NCBI GenBank assembly: GCA_963737265.1
Contig: CAVTRY010000023.1
Location: forward strand, 448,001-512,000
DNA length: 64,000 bases
Source of the DNA: an uncultured delta proteobacterium
GTDB taxonomy: Bacteria; Myxococcota_A; Polyangia; Fen-1088
Direction: 5' to 3'
Positions 20,679-30,802 of this stretch are shown here, one piece after another (position 1 is the stretch's first letter; every line of letters begins with the position of its first letter). The position numbers were made by a program, and so were the translations under genes. A model generated the notes under the pieces. It ran no database searches, had not been told where the DNA came from, and saw only the letters and a list, made by a program, of their open reading frames with translations.

Positions 20679-21025
20679 TAGCGTCGGGTGCGCGGTGTCA
20701 GCTGCGTTCGGGTTGGGACGATGACTTCGTTGGGTGGCACTTGTAAACTGACGCGGTCCTCTTTAGGGGGAACAGCCGTGACACTACGTCTTCCCCGGGC
20801 TTCGACTACCTTTCCAGACACAGTGCCGGACGGCATGCAACACCCACCCGCGGAAAATGCGATTGATGCGGTTGATGCGACTGATGAATGGCTAAAATCG
20901 CAGCAGCCCCACACCCGGCGCGATGTCAAGCTTACGGTGTGTCCAAGCAAGCCTCGCTCTAGACTAGTGACAGGCAACCCGCGTTCCTTTCGAGCTTCTG
21001 CACCACGAACCATGAGGAATTTCCC

Positions 21026-23374
21026 ATGACAAGGATCAGGATTCCCTGCGCTATCACCCGAGGCACGCCGCTGGTCGGCTCGTTTGCGCGGTATTGCCCA
21101 ATTGCCATTGTGGTATTTTTGACGACAAGTTGCTCAAACGCATCTATCGTCAACCCAGGAACAGGCGGTATGGGCGGGCAGCAATCGACTGGGACCGGCT
21201 CTGGAGGAACAAGCGGAAATGGCCAGACATCCACCGCCACCAGCATCACCATCACGACTCCCGACGCAGCCGCCGACCGCCCAACCGGCGGCCACTGTGG
21301 GGACGGGATCCTCGAAACGGGCGAGCAATGCGATGATGGCAATACGGTCAGTGGTGACGGATGCAATGCTCTCTGTCAAATTGAGGCCAATTGGATCTGT
21401 CCGACCCCCGGCCAGCCTTGCCAGAATCTCGGGGTTTGCGGAAATGGCATTCTCACATCGAACAAAGCGTGTGACGATGGTAATACGGTCAGCGGAGACG
21501 GCTGTTCAGCCGATTGCCAAGCCGTCGAACCGGGCTACGTCTGCCGTGTCCCCGGAAAGCCCTGCACCGTCTTGTGTGGGGACGGCATGGTAAAAGGAAC
21601 GGAGCAATGCGACGACGGCAACACCGTGAATGGCGATGGCTGTTCCGCCACCTGCAAGGTCGAGCCCGGCTACCAGTGCAAAGGCAGTCCCAGCGTTTGC
21701 ACGGCCACGGTTTGTGGAAACGGCAAAGTCGAAGGCGGAGAGGGGTGCGACGATGGCAACACCATGCCTTTCGATGGGTGCTCGGAGGACTGCCAGATTG
21801 AACCCATCTGCTCGGGTGCTTCCGGGTGTACGTCTCCCTGTGGGGACGGCATCATCATGGGCAGCAAGCAGTGCGACGACGGCAATAGCACGAGTGGCGA
21901 CGGCTGCTCCTCGACTTGTCAGGTCGAGCCCGGCTGGACCTGCACGCAGCCACCCCTCGGCAACAAGATGATGGTGCCGGTCATCTATCGAGACTTCCGC
22001 TTTCACAATCCCGCCGACTTCGAAGCCGGCGTAATGGGGTCGACTACTGCCACCACCGGCATCGTCGAACCGAGCTTGGACGGGGACGGGAAGCCGGTCT
22101 TCACCGGACTCGCCACTGCTCACATCCAGAGCGTCGCCACCTTTGCCGAATGGTATCGCACAACCCCTGGCGTCAACGATCCGACGGCCTCCAAGTTGGC
22201 GTTGTGGGACAACGGCCAAGGCGGCTACGTCAACCGCTACGGTCCCAATGGCGAACAATGGAACGTAACGACAACGGCCAACTGGTGCGGCCAGGTTGGG
22301 GAAGAGCTGCTGAACGCTGCCGGCAATCCCCAGCCCTGCACCTTCCAATACCAGCAATCGGCAACCAATCCGACGGGAGGCCAGACCGATTGCCAGAAGA
22401 TGGACGCTCTTGGCTACACCCAGCTCACATGCTTCCTCAACGGCACGACCTATGCCGCAACCTATGTCGTCGCCAAGGTCGACGGCAATCCCCTCTTCTT
22501 TCCTATCGACAACGACCCATTTTCGGCCGACCAGCTCGAAGGTGCTCAAGTTCCCTCCGCTCCGCTGGGGCTGTACGACGCCACAGGAACCTGGCCGTGG
22601 GATGTGGACGCGAATGGGAACAAGATTCTGCACAACTTCAGCTTCACCAGCGAAACGCGCTACTGGTTCAAGTACGACTCAGCCAAGGCATTTACCCTCG
22701 ATTTCGTCGGCGATGACGACGTTTGGGTGTTCATCAATAGGAAGCTGGCGGTCGATCTGGGAGGCATCAAAACGCCGGTGGAAGGTTCCGTCACCCTGGA
22801 TGCCGCGACCATCGCCAGACTGAACCTCGGGCTGCAAAACGGGAATGCTTACGAAATTGCAGTCTTCCAGACCGAGCGTCAGACCACCGGGTCGACCTAC
22901 AAGTTGACCCTGAATGGATTCGATGCCGCTCCCAGTAGCTGCGTTCCCACCTGTGGCGACGGAATCGCGGTCGCCAGCGAGGAGTGCGACTGCGGCAATG
23001 GCACAGTGGCCGTCCCCGCAGGCTGTCCGGGTCCGAATAGCGATACGACGTACGGCGGCTGCACCACGCAGTGCAAGTGGGGCCCTTTCTGCGGAGATGG
23101 CGTCGTGCAGGGGCCGCCACCCAGTGGCCCAGAGGAATGCGACCTAGGCAAGCAGAACGGAGATACCACCCTGGGCAAGGGCGGGTGTACCTTCGCGTGC
23201 AAGAAGCCACATTTTTGCGGCGATGGAAATGTCGATACGGATTTGGGCGAGGTATGCGACATGGGCGCTCTCAATGGCGTTGCGGTCGACGCGAGCGGAA
23301 ATCCATCGAGTGCGCCAGATGCCCAGGTCCTCTGCACGACAGATTGCGCGATTCCCCCGGGAACTGTCTACTAA
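21026..23374 (+). CDS. Fibro-slime-domain lipoprotein with Myxococcus cysteine-rich (DUF4215) repeats
   Basis: Repeated CGDG...EQCDDGN..SGDGCS..C units, plus YRDF, HNFSFTSE and GDDDVWVFIN fibro-slime motifs. Confidence 0.92.
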   Translation: MTRIRIPCAITRGTPLVGSFARYCPIAIVVFLTTSCSNASIVNPGTGGMGGQQSTGTGSGGTSGNGQTSTATSITITTPDAAADRPTGGHCGDGILETGEQCDDGNTVSGDGCNALCQIEANWICPTPGQPCQNLGVCGNGILTSNKACDDGNTVSGDGCSADCQAVEPGYVCRVPGKPCTVLCGDGMVKGTEQCDDGNTVNGDGCSATCKVEPGYQCKGSPSVCTATVCGNGKVEGGEGCDDGNTMPFDGCSEDCQIEPICSGASGCTSPCGDGIIMGSKQCDDGNSTSGDGCSSTCQVEPGWTCTQPPLGNKMMVPVIYRDFRFHNPADFEAGVMGSTTATTGIVEPSLDGDGKPVFTGLATAHIQSVATFAEWYRTTPGVNDPTASKLALWDNGQGGYVNRYGPNGEQWNVTTTANWCGQVGEELLNAAGNPQPCTFQYQQSATNPTGGQTDCQKMDALGYTQLTCFLNGTTYAATYVVAKVDGNPLFFPIDNDPFSADQLEGAQVPSAPLGLYDATGTWPWDVDANGNKILHNFSFTSETRYWFKYDSAKAFTLDFVGDDDVWVFINRKLAVDLGGIKTPVEGSVTLDAATIARLNLGLQNGNAYEIAVFQTERQTTGSTYKLTLNGFDAAPSSCVPTCGDGIAVASEECDCGNGTVAVPAGCPGPNSDTTYGGCTTQCKWGPFCGDGVVQGPPPSGPEECDLGKQNGDTTLGKGGCTFACKKPHFCGDGNVDTDLGEVCDMGALNGVAVDASGNPSSAPDAQVLCTTDCAIPPGTVY

Positions 23375-23453
23375 CCTCCTGTCTGCACCCCGAAATCGAA
23401 TATTGAGACGGTCGCTGCCTGGGTATGCCAGGGCGCTCTTGACAATTGGTTAA

Positions 23454-25469
23454 TCAAAACGCTGCGTGGATGCGGCCGGCGAAGATCGAGACGGGGCCAC
23501 GGTCGGCATTGTAGCCAGGGTCGACGATGAGCTGATAATCGAACGTCAGCGCGGCCCATTGGAGCGGGCTCAATGCGTAGTAGGTTTCGAGAACCATCTC
23601 TGGACGGTAGTTGAGCCTGCCGTCGCCGATGAGGATTCCCATGCCTCCGGCGGCGAAATACTGACGGGCGATCGCCGACAACCCCTCGCCAACCCACGCC
23701 ACGCCCACGGTATCGCTGGGCCGCCTCCAATACGTCCCTTTGAGCGCGGCGCCCGCCGATAGGCTTTCGTCGCAGTCGGTCCATCCCATGATTTCGACGC
23801 GGCCGGGGCTAAAGCTGGCGCGGGAAAACAGGCCTAGGTCGGCCGTCAGCGCCTGCTCGGCGCTCGCCACGAAGCCGTAATTCGTCCGTTCCTGGCGGGT
23901 CAGGGTGATGTCTGGATAGCCGGCAGTCGCAAGCGGTTCGGCGAGGGCGTCGGAATAGCTGCCCATGTTTCCGTGGCCAAGCCATGCGAAGGCAAGCAGC
24001 TTCCCGGGCTTTGCGAATGGCCAATAGCGCAGCTCCAGTTCGGCCAGATATTGCCCGCGCACGGGGATGTGCGTGTCGAAGTGATTGGAGTTGGATACGA
24101 CCGGGAGCAGGAAGTATCCCGCCCGAAAAGCCCATCGCTTCTGGTCGAGCTCGGCCAAGCCGCCCCACGTCCAGCTCAATTTGTCCATGGTCCAGTCGTA
24201 GGAGCCGCCGCCATACGCATTCCAATTCAGAAACGCCGTGCGGGGCTCGCCGGCATAGGAGTTGAGCAAAAAGTAGTCGAGCACCGCGAATTTGCCGGCG
24301 GTCAGGGTGAGCCGCGAGACGCTGCGTTGGCCGGCAATCTGGTTGGGGCCGTCCTCGACGATCTCTTTCTCGCCGCCCCAGCCGAAGGTCTGGCTCAAGA
24401 ACAAGCGCGCGGCATTGAAGCGCGGAAACAGAAAGCTCGACTTCTGTGCCTCGCCATTGGGAAAGGCGGCCACGCCATGCACGTCGCTCAAACCGAAACC
24501 CTGCATGAATTCCGGATTGAAGTAGATTTCGCCGCCGCGCCACAAGCGCCGACCGAGAAACACTGTGGCGCTCGCGGTGTTGCGTATCTGGCCTGTGCTG
24601 GAAAGGCTGCTTGGGCCTTCGTAGGGCGAATGGAATGCAAAATGGCCCTGCTCAACGTAGGTGAATTGACCATGGAGATTCCAGCCGCGCCCGTCGCCGG
24701 CCGAGGGGAGGACGAGATCCATACGCGGGATATCGGCCTTGGGCCAGGGGGGCTGCCAGCTGAGTGCCAGGCGGACGCCGTGCACCGCCATGGTCGATTC
24801 GGTGCTGGTACCGGAGGCAAAGGTCGCGCTGGCGGTTTCGAGCCGATCGTAGACATATTCGACTCTCGCGCTCCATCGCGGGGCAAAGGCGAGCTCGAGG
24901 CCGGCGCCCATGGTCCAGCCTGGGCGAAAATGAGGACTCTCGTCGTCGGCTTTCATCGCGCCCGGGCTTTGAATGAATCGCCCCAAGGACCACGCAAAAC
25001 CGCCCGCGCCATAGACCAGCCACCGATCGAATGCGTAGCCAAGCCGCCCGCGCGCGCGGCCCACTAGGTCCAGCCTCTCGCTGACGTTGCCGCCGGGCGT
25101 CTGGCGTGATGAAACCAGGTCGTCGTCGTCGAGGAAATCGGGAAAGGAGACATCGGCTTCAAGCCCAATGACAAGCCTCGATCGAAGCACGTGCGCATAA
25201 CCGACGAGCGCTCCGCCGTAGAGACTTCCGGACGAGCTGGTCGAGCTTTGCACCGCTGAATCGTGCAGAGCAACGCTTGCTTTCCCGTGGGCGTAGCCGA
25301 CGTGACCACCGAGATACCACCCGTCCCGAAGAAAGCCCGATGATGCGGCCGCTGGGCCAACTTCAGCGGCGGGCGGTTCGGCCCGGGCCAACGACGTGAA
25401 GGCCGTGATGCCCACGAGGCTGGCGAGGGCGGCTTTGCGTTGGATCAGAGCTCTGCTGGGGAAAAACAC
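23454..25469 (-). CDS. MnoP-like porin: N-terminal 8-stranded barrel fused to an OprB-family porin
   Basis: GWYLGGHVGY...RGRLGYAFDRWLVYG...GWTMGAGLE, then HGQFTY, FPNGEAQK and DPGYNADRGPV..HAAF. Confidence 0.88.
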   Translation of the reverse strand: MFFPSRALIQRKAALASLVGITAFTSLARAEPPAAEVGPAAASSGFLRDGWYLGGHVGYAHGKASVALHDSAVQSSTSSSGSLYGGALVGYAHVLRSRLVIGLEADVSFPDFLDDDDLVSSRQTPGGNVSERLDLVGRARGRLGYAFDRWLVYGAGGFAWSLGRFIQSPGAMKADDESPHFRPGWTMGAGLELAFAPRWSARVEYVYDRLETASATFASGTSTESTMAVHGVRLALSWQPPWPKADIPRMDLVLPSAGDGRGWNLHGQFTYVEQGHFAFHSPYEGPSSLSSTGQIRNTASATVFLGRRLWRGGEIYFNPEFMQGFGLSDVHGVAAFPNGEAQKSSFLFPRFNAARLFLSQTFGWGGEKEIVEDGPNQIAGQRSVSRLTLTAGKFAVLDYFLLNSYAGEPRTAFLNWNAYGGGSYDWTMDKLSWTWGGLAELDQKRWAFRAGYFLLPVVSNSNHFDTHIPVRGQYLAELELRYWPFAKPGKLLAFAWLGHGNMGSYSDALAEPLATAGYPDITLTRQERTNYGFVASAEQALTADLGLFSRASFSPGRVEIMGWTDCDESLSAGAALKGTYWRRPSDTVGVAWVGEGLSAIARQYFAAGGMGILIGDGRLNYRPEMVLETYYALSPLQWAALTFDYQLIVDPGYNADRGPVSIFAGRIHAAF

Positions 25470-25549
25470 GGCGCCCCTGCGTTTAGCACGGAGCCGATCG
25501 AATTCGAGAATTCCACAACGTCAGAAGGCGAGCCGCGCGCAGGCACCGC

Positions 25550-25705
25550 CTACCGCCTGAGCGTCACCAGGGGCTGGGGTTTGCTCGGGCAGCTACACCC
25601 AGCGCAGCCCGACGCGCAGCCACCGGCCTTGCGCTTTCGCAGCAGTCGAAGCCCGCCCCAAATTCCAGCCGCGCCGACGATTGCAAAGACGATGACGTTT
25701 TCCAT
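25550..25705 (-). CDS. FeoB-associated Cys-rich small membrane protein
   Basis: One TM helix then GGCASGCAGCSC; GAGGA SD; directly after feoB. Confidence 0.85.
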   Translation of the reverse strand: MENVIVFAIVGAAGIWGGLRLLRKRKAGGCASGCAGCSCPSKPQPLVTLRR

Positions 25706-25719
25706 GACTCGTTCCTCGT

Positions 25720-27883
25720 TCAGATGAAGAGCCGTCCCACCTGAAACACCAGCGCGGACAGGCCATAAGCAATTCCCGTCAGCCCACCCAGCTGCAACAG
25801 GGCGTAGCCCCACTTCCCCGACTCTCGCCGCGTGACCACGACGGTCGCCATGCACGGGGTTCCCACAAGCAGGAAGAGCATCATGCTCAAGGCCACAAGT
25901 GGACTGTAATCTCGCGCCAAAACCGCCCGCAGGCCGGCGGTTCCCTTGTCGGTATCGGCAATCGAATACACGATGCCCATCTGAGCCACGAAGATCTCCT
26001 TGGCGGCGAAGGCACCCATCATCGCCGTCACGATTTTCCAGTCGAAGCCGAGCGGCCGGAACACGGGTTCAAGCGTGTGGCCGATGCGCCCCGCCACCGA
26101 GTATTCCAAGTTCTCGGCGGCGCGCCGGGCGGCGACCTGATCCTCGGTCAGCTGCGGGGGAGCGTGCCCGGTGGTAGCCACGACGATCTGGCCGGCAGCG
26201 ATCTCGGCGTCGACACGATAGCTGGACGGCTTGGGAAACACTGTCGCTGCCCAAAGCAGGATGGAGATGCCGAGAATCGTGGTGCCGGCTTTGCGCAGGT
26301 ACAGCCCCGCTCGCTCGGCCATCTTGATGGGCACACTGCGCAAGGTGGGCAGGCGGTACGGCGGCAGCTCCATCACAAATGGGGCATCATCCCCGCGCAG
26401 CAGGGTTTTACGCAAAATGAGAGCCAACACCAACGCCAGAATGATGCCCACGGCGTAGACAAACCACAGCATGGGCGCGCGCCATGCCGGCGGAAAGAAG
26501 GCCGGAATGATCAACATCCAGATGGTCAGACGCGCCCCGCACGACATCAGCGGCAACACCAACATGGTGACCAGTCGGTCGCGATGATTCTCGAGCGTGC
26601 GCGTCGCCATGATGCCGGGTACCGAACAGCCGAATCCCGACAGCATGGGGATGAAGCTCTTGCCGTGCAGGCCAAAGCGGTGCATGAGGCGGTCGGTAAG
26701 AAATGCGGCGCGCGCCATGTAGCCGGTGTCTTCCAAGAATGCCAGACCGAGAAAGAGCAGCACGATGTTGGGAAGAAAGACGACGACGCCGCCCACGCCG
26801 CCGATGATTCCGTCGACGAGCAGCGAGCGCAGTAAGGACGTGGAACCCGCAGGCCACAGGCTGGCAACCTGACTCGAAAGGAAATGCACGCCCGATTCGA
26901 TCCAATTCATCGGCACTTCGCCGACCTTGAACGTCAGCCAGAAGATGGCGTACATCACCAGGGCGAAGATGGGCAGACCGAAGATCCGGTGCACCAATAC
27001 GGCGTCGATTCGATCGGTGAGCTGGCGCGCGTCGGCAGTCGATGCCTGTGTGCGCACCTCGCGCAGCAGGCCATCGACAAAACCGAAGTAGCGCTCGGTC
27101 ACGAAGACGGCGATATCCACACCTGTGCGGGCCTCAACAAACTCGCGCTGGCGTTTCGCCTCGTTGAGCGCGGCGTGACCGCCCGGCATCGCCTGCCACG
27201 CGAGCGCCGTACTCGCGATCCCCGGCCAGCAGACGCGTGGCCATCCAGTCGCTGGCAAAGATCTTTTCGGCACGAGTCGGCAGCAGCGGGCGAATGGCGG
27301 CCAGCGCCTGTTCCATCAGCTCGCCGAGCACCAGGCGGCTGCGCCCTACCGGCTGGGCGGTAGCGCGAGCAATGGCGTGCTTCAGATCGGCAACGCCCTG
27401 GGCGCGATGCCCGACGGTCTCGACCACGGGGAAGCCGAGCAGTTTTTCCATCAGCGGAAGATCGATCTTCTGGCCCGCGGCGCGCGCCTCGTCCGCCATG
27501 TTGAGGCACAGCACCGGGTTGGCGCCCGTTTGCATGATCTGGGCGAGCAAGACCAAGTTGCGCGCAAGCTGCGTGGAATCCGCGACCACCACGACCACCT
27601 CGGGCGTGGCGGTCAGCTCGTCCTGCGCCACCCGTTCTTCCGGCGAGTACGAGCTGAGGCTGTAAGTGCCGGGCAAGTCGACTACGCTCACCGTGCGATC
27701 GTCGATCTCGCAGCTGCCACTGCGCTTTTCCACCGTGACGCCGGGATAGTTGGCGACGTGTTGGCGCGCCCCCGTCAGCGCGTTAAAAAGGGAGGTCTTG
27801 CCGCAGTTGGGATTGCCCGCCAGGGCGACGCGGATCTCGGTCGCGGGAAAGATGGAACTGGCGGCGGTTGCTGCGGCGAACAT
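25720..27883 (-). CDS. feoB: Ferrous iron transporter FeoB, split by a +1 frameshift near 27197
   Basis: GNPNCGKT, NYPGVTVE, DLPGTYSL and NMAD GTPase motifs in one frame; LEDTGYMAR, GFGCSVP and FVMELPPY gate motifs in another. Confidence 0.93.
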
Positions 27884-27894
27884 GCTTGGATCCC

Positions 27895-28647
27895 TTAGTC
27901 CGCAGGCCTGACCATGATGGAATTCGCCTCGCTGCGGCGGAGCGCCAGCCGCGCGCCTTGACAGCGCACCCAAAACGGATCGCCACCCAAGCCCACGCGC
28001 TCGATGTCGATGACCGTATTGGGAAGAACGCCCATGTCGAGCAGGCGCTGGCGAAGAGCGCCGACGGCATTGATTTTGGTTACCACCGCGCTCTGCCCGG
28101 GCTTTACATCGCCAAGACTCATGGACGTGCTCTCCTTCTTCGTCGAACAAACCGAACAAGAATCGGGAAGCTGCCCCATGTGCGGGCCACGCTTGCTGTC
28201 CTGAACCATGGGACACTGGCGAAAGCTCTCGACCACCGAAGGACAGGTACCCAAAAACTCGAAGAAACGCACCAGGCGATCCATGGCATCGTCGGTCAGG
28301 CTGTGCTCCATCGCGCAGGCCTGCTCGCCAGCGGCCCCGGCCGGCATGCTCAGCACCTCCTCAAAGAAACGCGTGAGCAAGCGATGGCGGGAAAAAACCC
28401 GGCGCCCCGCCTGCTCGCCCGACGGCGTGAGCGCGATGTATTCCCGCCGTTCGTAGCGCACAAGCGCCAGCTCGGCGAGCCGGCGCAAGGCAATCGACAC
28501 CGAAGCCGCCTTCACGTCACGCGCCCGCGCCACGTCCTTGACCCGGGCGAAGCCCTGCTCCTGAACCAGCAGATAGATCGTCTCGAGGTAGTCCTCCAAC
28601 GACGAGCTGATTTCCGCTTCCGGCGTGTTGTGTGCCATCGCTGTCAT
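27895..28647 (-). CDS. DtxR/MntR-family metalloregulator with C-terminal FeoA domain
   Basis: LEDYLETIY, an HTH, RHRLL and ACAMEH motifs; C-terminal RQRLLDMG...GDP...LALRRSEA. Confidence 0.92.
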   Translation of the reverse strand: MTAMAHNTPEAEISSSLEDYLETIYLLVQEQGFARVKDVARARDVKAASVSIALRRLAELALVRYERREYIALTPSGEQAGRRVFSRHRLLTRFFEEVLSMPAGAAGEQACAMEHSLTDDAMDRLVRFFEFLGTCPSVVESFRQCPMVQDSKRGPHMGQLPDSCSVCSTKKESTSMSLGDVKPGQSAVVTKINAVGALRQRLLDMGVLPNTVIDIERVGLGGDPFWVRCQGARLALRRSEANSIMVRPAD

Positions 28648-28685
28648 TGTTAGTTAACACTAACAACAGAAGCCCGTGCTGTCAA
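28647..28685 (-). promoter_or_regulatory. Sigma70-type promoter with an overlapping palindromic DtxR-type operator
   Basis: Minus strand TTGACA (28685-28680), 17-nt spacer, TAGTGT (28662-28657) preceded by TGn. Palindrome TTGTTAG-N6-CTAACAA at 28647-28666. Confidence 0.8.
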
Positions 28686-28690
28686 CCGGT

Positions 28691-29188
28691 CTACCTGGTT
28701 CGGGTGCTTCCCTGAAATGGGGGCTGGGGCTTCACCTCGCTGGGATCGGAAGGAAAGACAGGGAGGAACGGAGGATCAGAGGGATCAAGGGTTGGGTTCA
28801 CGAGGCGGCGGAGACCCTCGCGAAGTACGGGGACGTGGAAATTGACGAGCAGGCCAACCGGCAGTCGTAGGAGCTTGAGATAGGCAATGACCTGTGCCAA
28901 GTGGACAGGAAGCAACCGTTCTACCGCCTTGACTTCGACCACCAAACGGCCTTCCACCACGAGGTCGAGGTGATAGCCGCAGTCAAGGTCAAGTCCTTTG
29001 TACTGCAGAAGAATCGCGACCTGACGTTGAGTGCGAAATCCACGCAGGCCTAGCTCGCGCGCCAGGCAGTGCTCGTAGGCCGACTCAAGCAGCCCCGGAC
29101 CGAGGTGACCGGTGGACTTCGATGCAGGCGGCGATAATTTGCCCAGTAAAGTTATGCTGTCTCTGATTCTCCGTTCCTCCCTGTTCCC
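28691..29188 (-). pseudogene. GxxExxY pseudogene
   Basis: GPGLLESAYE retained; start ATG changed to AGG; +1 C near 29110. Confidence 0.85.
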
Positions 29189-29270
29189 TATCTGCGTTTT
29201 CGGCGGCACTCCGCCAGAAGTTGCTACCTCACCGAGCCGCCGGCTGGGCCCCCGTTTCAGGGATGCACCC
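28702..29270 (-). mobile_element. GxxExxY-carrying TIR element, copy 2 (569 bp, diverged)
   Basis: Same termini (right end ...CAGGGATGCACCC). Flanks ACCTGGTTC (28693-28701) and TCCGGGTTC (29271-29279) match 7/9. Has a 10-bp internal deletion near the left end. Confidence 0.93.
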
Positions 29271-29277
29271 TCCGGGT

Positions 29278-30711
29278 TCAGGGACGAGCCGCCTGACCAA
29301 AGAGACCGCGGCGCTTGATGATATCGGCCACCTCCTCGGGAACCATGGTCTCCCAGGAGGGATCGCTGGCCTTGAGGCGCCGGAAGACCTCGCGCGAAAG
29401 GATCGGCAGCACCGTGGGGTCGTAGTTCTCGATGGCAACGAGCGAGCCGCGATCGAGGAGGTAGCCGTACAGCTTCGTCAGCCCCGCCGCCACCTCCATG
29501 TTGGACGCGGTGACGAGCTTGGTCGTGTCCGGATCCAACATCGGGTACACGTAGAGCTTCACCTCCTTGCTGAAGAGGCGGCCGATGGCTTCCAAAATTC
29601 CGCCGTCGAGACTGGCGTAGTATTTTTCGTCGAATAGCTGAACCAAGCTTCCGGTGCCGAGCACGATGGCGATGGCGCTGCACGTGCAGCGGCGCAGGTA
29701 GCCTGCCAGCCGGTAGTACTCGAAATAGTCCGACACCAGGACGGTCTTGCCGGCTGCCCCGAGGACATCGGCACGGGCGAGGAAGTCGCGCGGGTCGAGG
29801 GGGCCGCCATCGCTGAGCAGATTGCTCATGGTGATCTCCGCGACCTCGACGATGTCGTTCTCTGATGTCCCCTGCGCCTTGGCGAAGGCCGTCCGCGCGC
29901 ACTTCAACATGTCGATGTTGACCTTGGTCACCGGACGAAAGGTGCCGCGCAGGACAAGCACGGGCTTGCGATGCAACACTTCGGTCGGCTGCATCACGTC
30001 GCCCTTGGAGTCGAACATGGCGGCCTGGGACAGCCCAAGCTGCACCAGCTTCAAGCTCATCAGCCGGTTGTCCACATGGCGAAATTCGATACCCGAGAAT
30101 TCGATCATATCGATCTCGATACGTTCGGTGGACAGGTTGTCGAGCAGCGATTCGACCAGTTGCTCTGGCTCGTGGTGCTGGAAGAAGGCACCGTAAAGGA
30201 GGTTGACGCCCACGATACCCAAGGCTTCCTGCTGCAGGCTGGTTTCGCGGTCGCGCATGCGTACGTGCAGGACGATCTGGCTTTCGTCGTCGCGCGGGTG
30301 GGTTTGAAATTTGAGGCCCATCCAGCCGTGACAGTCCTTGTTGCCGTGAAAACTCTTGGCCGCCACTGTGTCGGCGAACACGAAGAACGCGGTGGTGTCG
30401 CCGCGCGCGGCGCTCAGCCGCTTGACGTTTTTTTCATGCTCGTAGTCGAGCATGCTCTGCAAGCGGTCGCGCGAGACGTAACGTTCGGTGTGACCATAGA
30501 TGGCGTCGCTGACCGCCATGTCATAGGCCGACATGCTCTTGGCAATCGTGCCAGACGCGCCTCCCACGCGAAAAAACCAGCGGGCAACTTCTTGGCCGGC
30601 GCCGATCTCGGCGAAGGTGCCGTAGCGGCGCGCGTCCAGGTTGATAGCCAGCGCCTTGCGATGGGTATCGAGGACTTCCTGGCGGGGGTAGCCGGAGGGT
30701 GGTGTGTACAT
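29278..30711 (-). CDS. Conserved cytoplasmic protein with a nucleotidyltransferase-like C-terminal region (family often labelled nicotinate-nucleotide adenylyltransferase-like)
   Basis: YGTFAEIGAGQEVAR, SMSAYDM and RGTFRPVT motifs; no signal peptide or barrel. Confidence 0.7.
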   Translation of the reverse strand: MYTPPSGYPRQEVLDTHRKALAINLDARRYGTFAEIGAGQEVARWFFRVGGASGTIAKSMSAYDMAVSDAIYGHTERYVSRDRLQSMLDYEHEKNVKRLSAARGDTTAFFVFADTVAAKSFHGNKDCHGWMGLKFQTHPRDDESQIVLHVRMRDRETSLQQEALGIVGVNLLYGAFFQHHEPEQLVESLLDNLSTERIEIDMIEFSGIEFRHVDNRLMSLKLVQLGLSQAAMFDSKGDVMQPTEVLHRKPVLVLRGTFRPVTKVNIDMLKCARTAFAKAQGTSENDIVEVAEITMSNLLSDGGPLDPRDFLARADVLGAAGKTVLVSDYFEYYRLAGYLRRCTCSAIAIVLGTGSLVQLFDEKYYASLDGGILEAIGRLFSKEVKLYVYPMLDPDTTKLVTASNMEVAAGLTKLYGYLLDRGSLVAIENYDPTVLPILSREVFRRLKASDPSWETMVPEEVADIIKRRGLFGQAARP

Positions 30712-30802
30712 GGTTAGACGCCCCATAAGGGGCACTTCCCAATGATTGACGCCCGCGACCGGAAGTCAAGGCGAGGATCTCGCGGCCACGGAGCCGCGCC
30801 GT

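Noticed and set aside
21290-21950. Regularly spaced repeats (TGCGACGACGGCAA...) resembling an array
   Set aside because: They are degenerate, in-frame coding repeats of the Cys-rich protein, not a CRISPR array.
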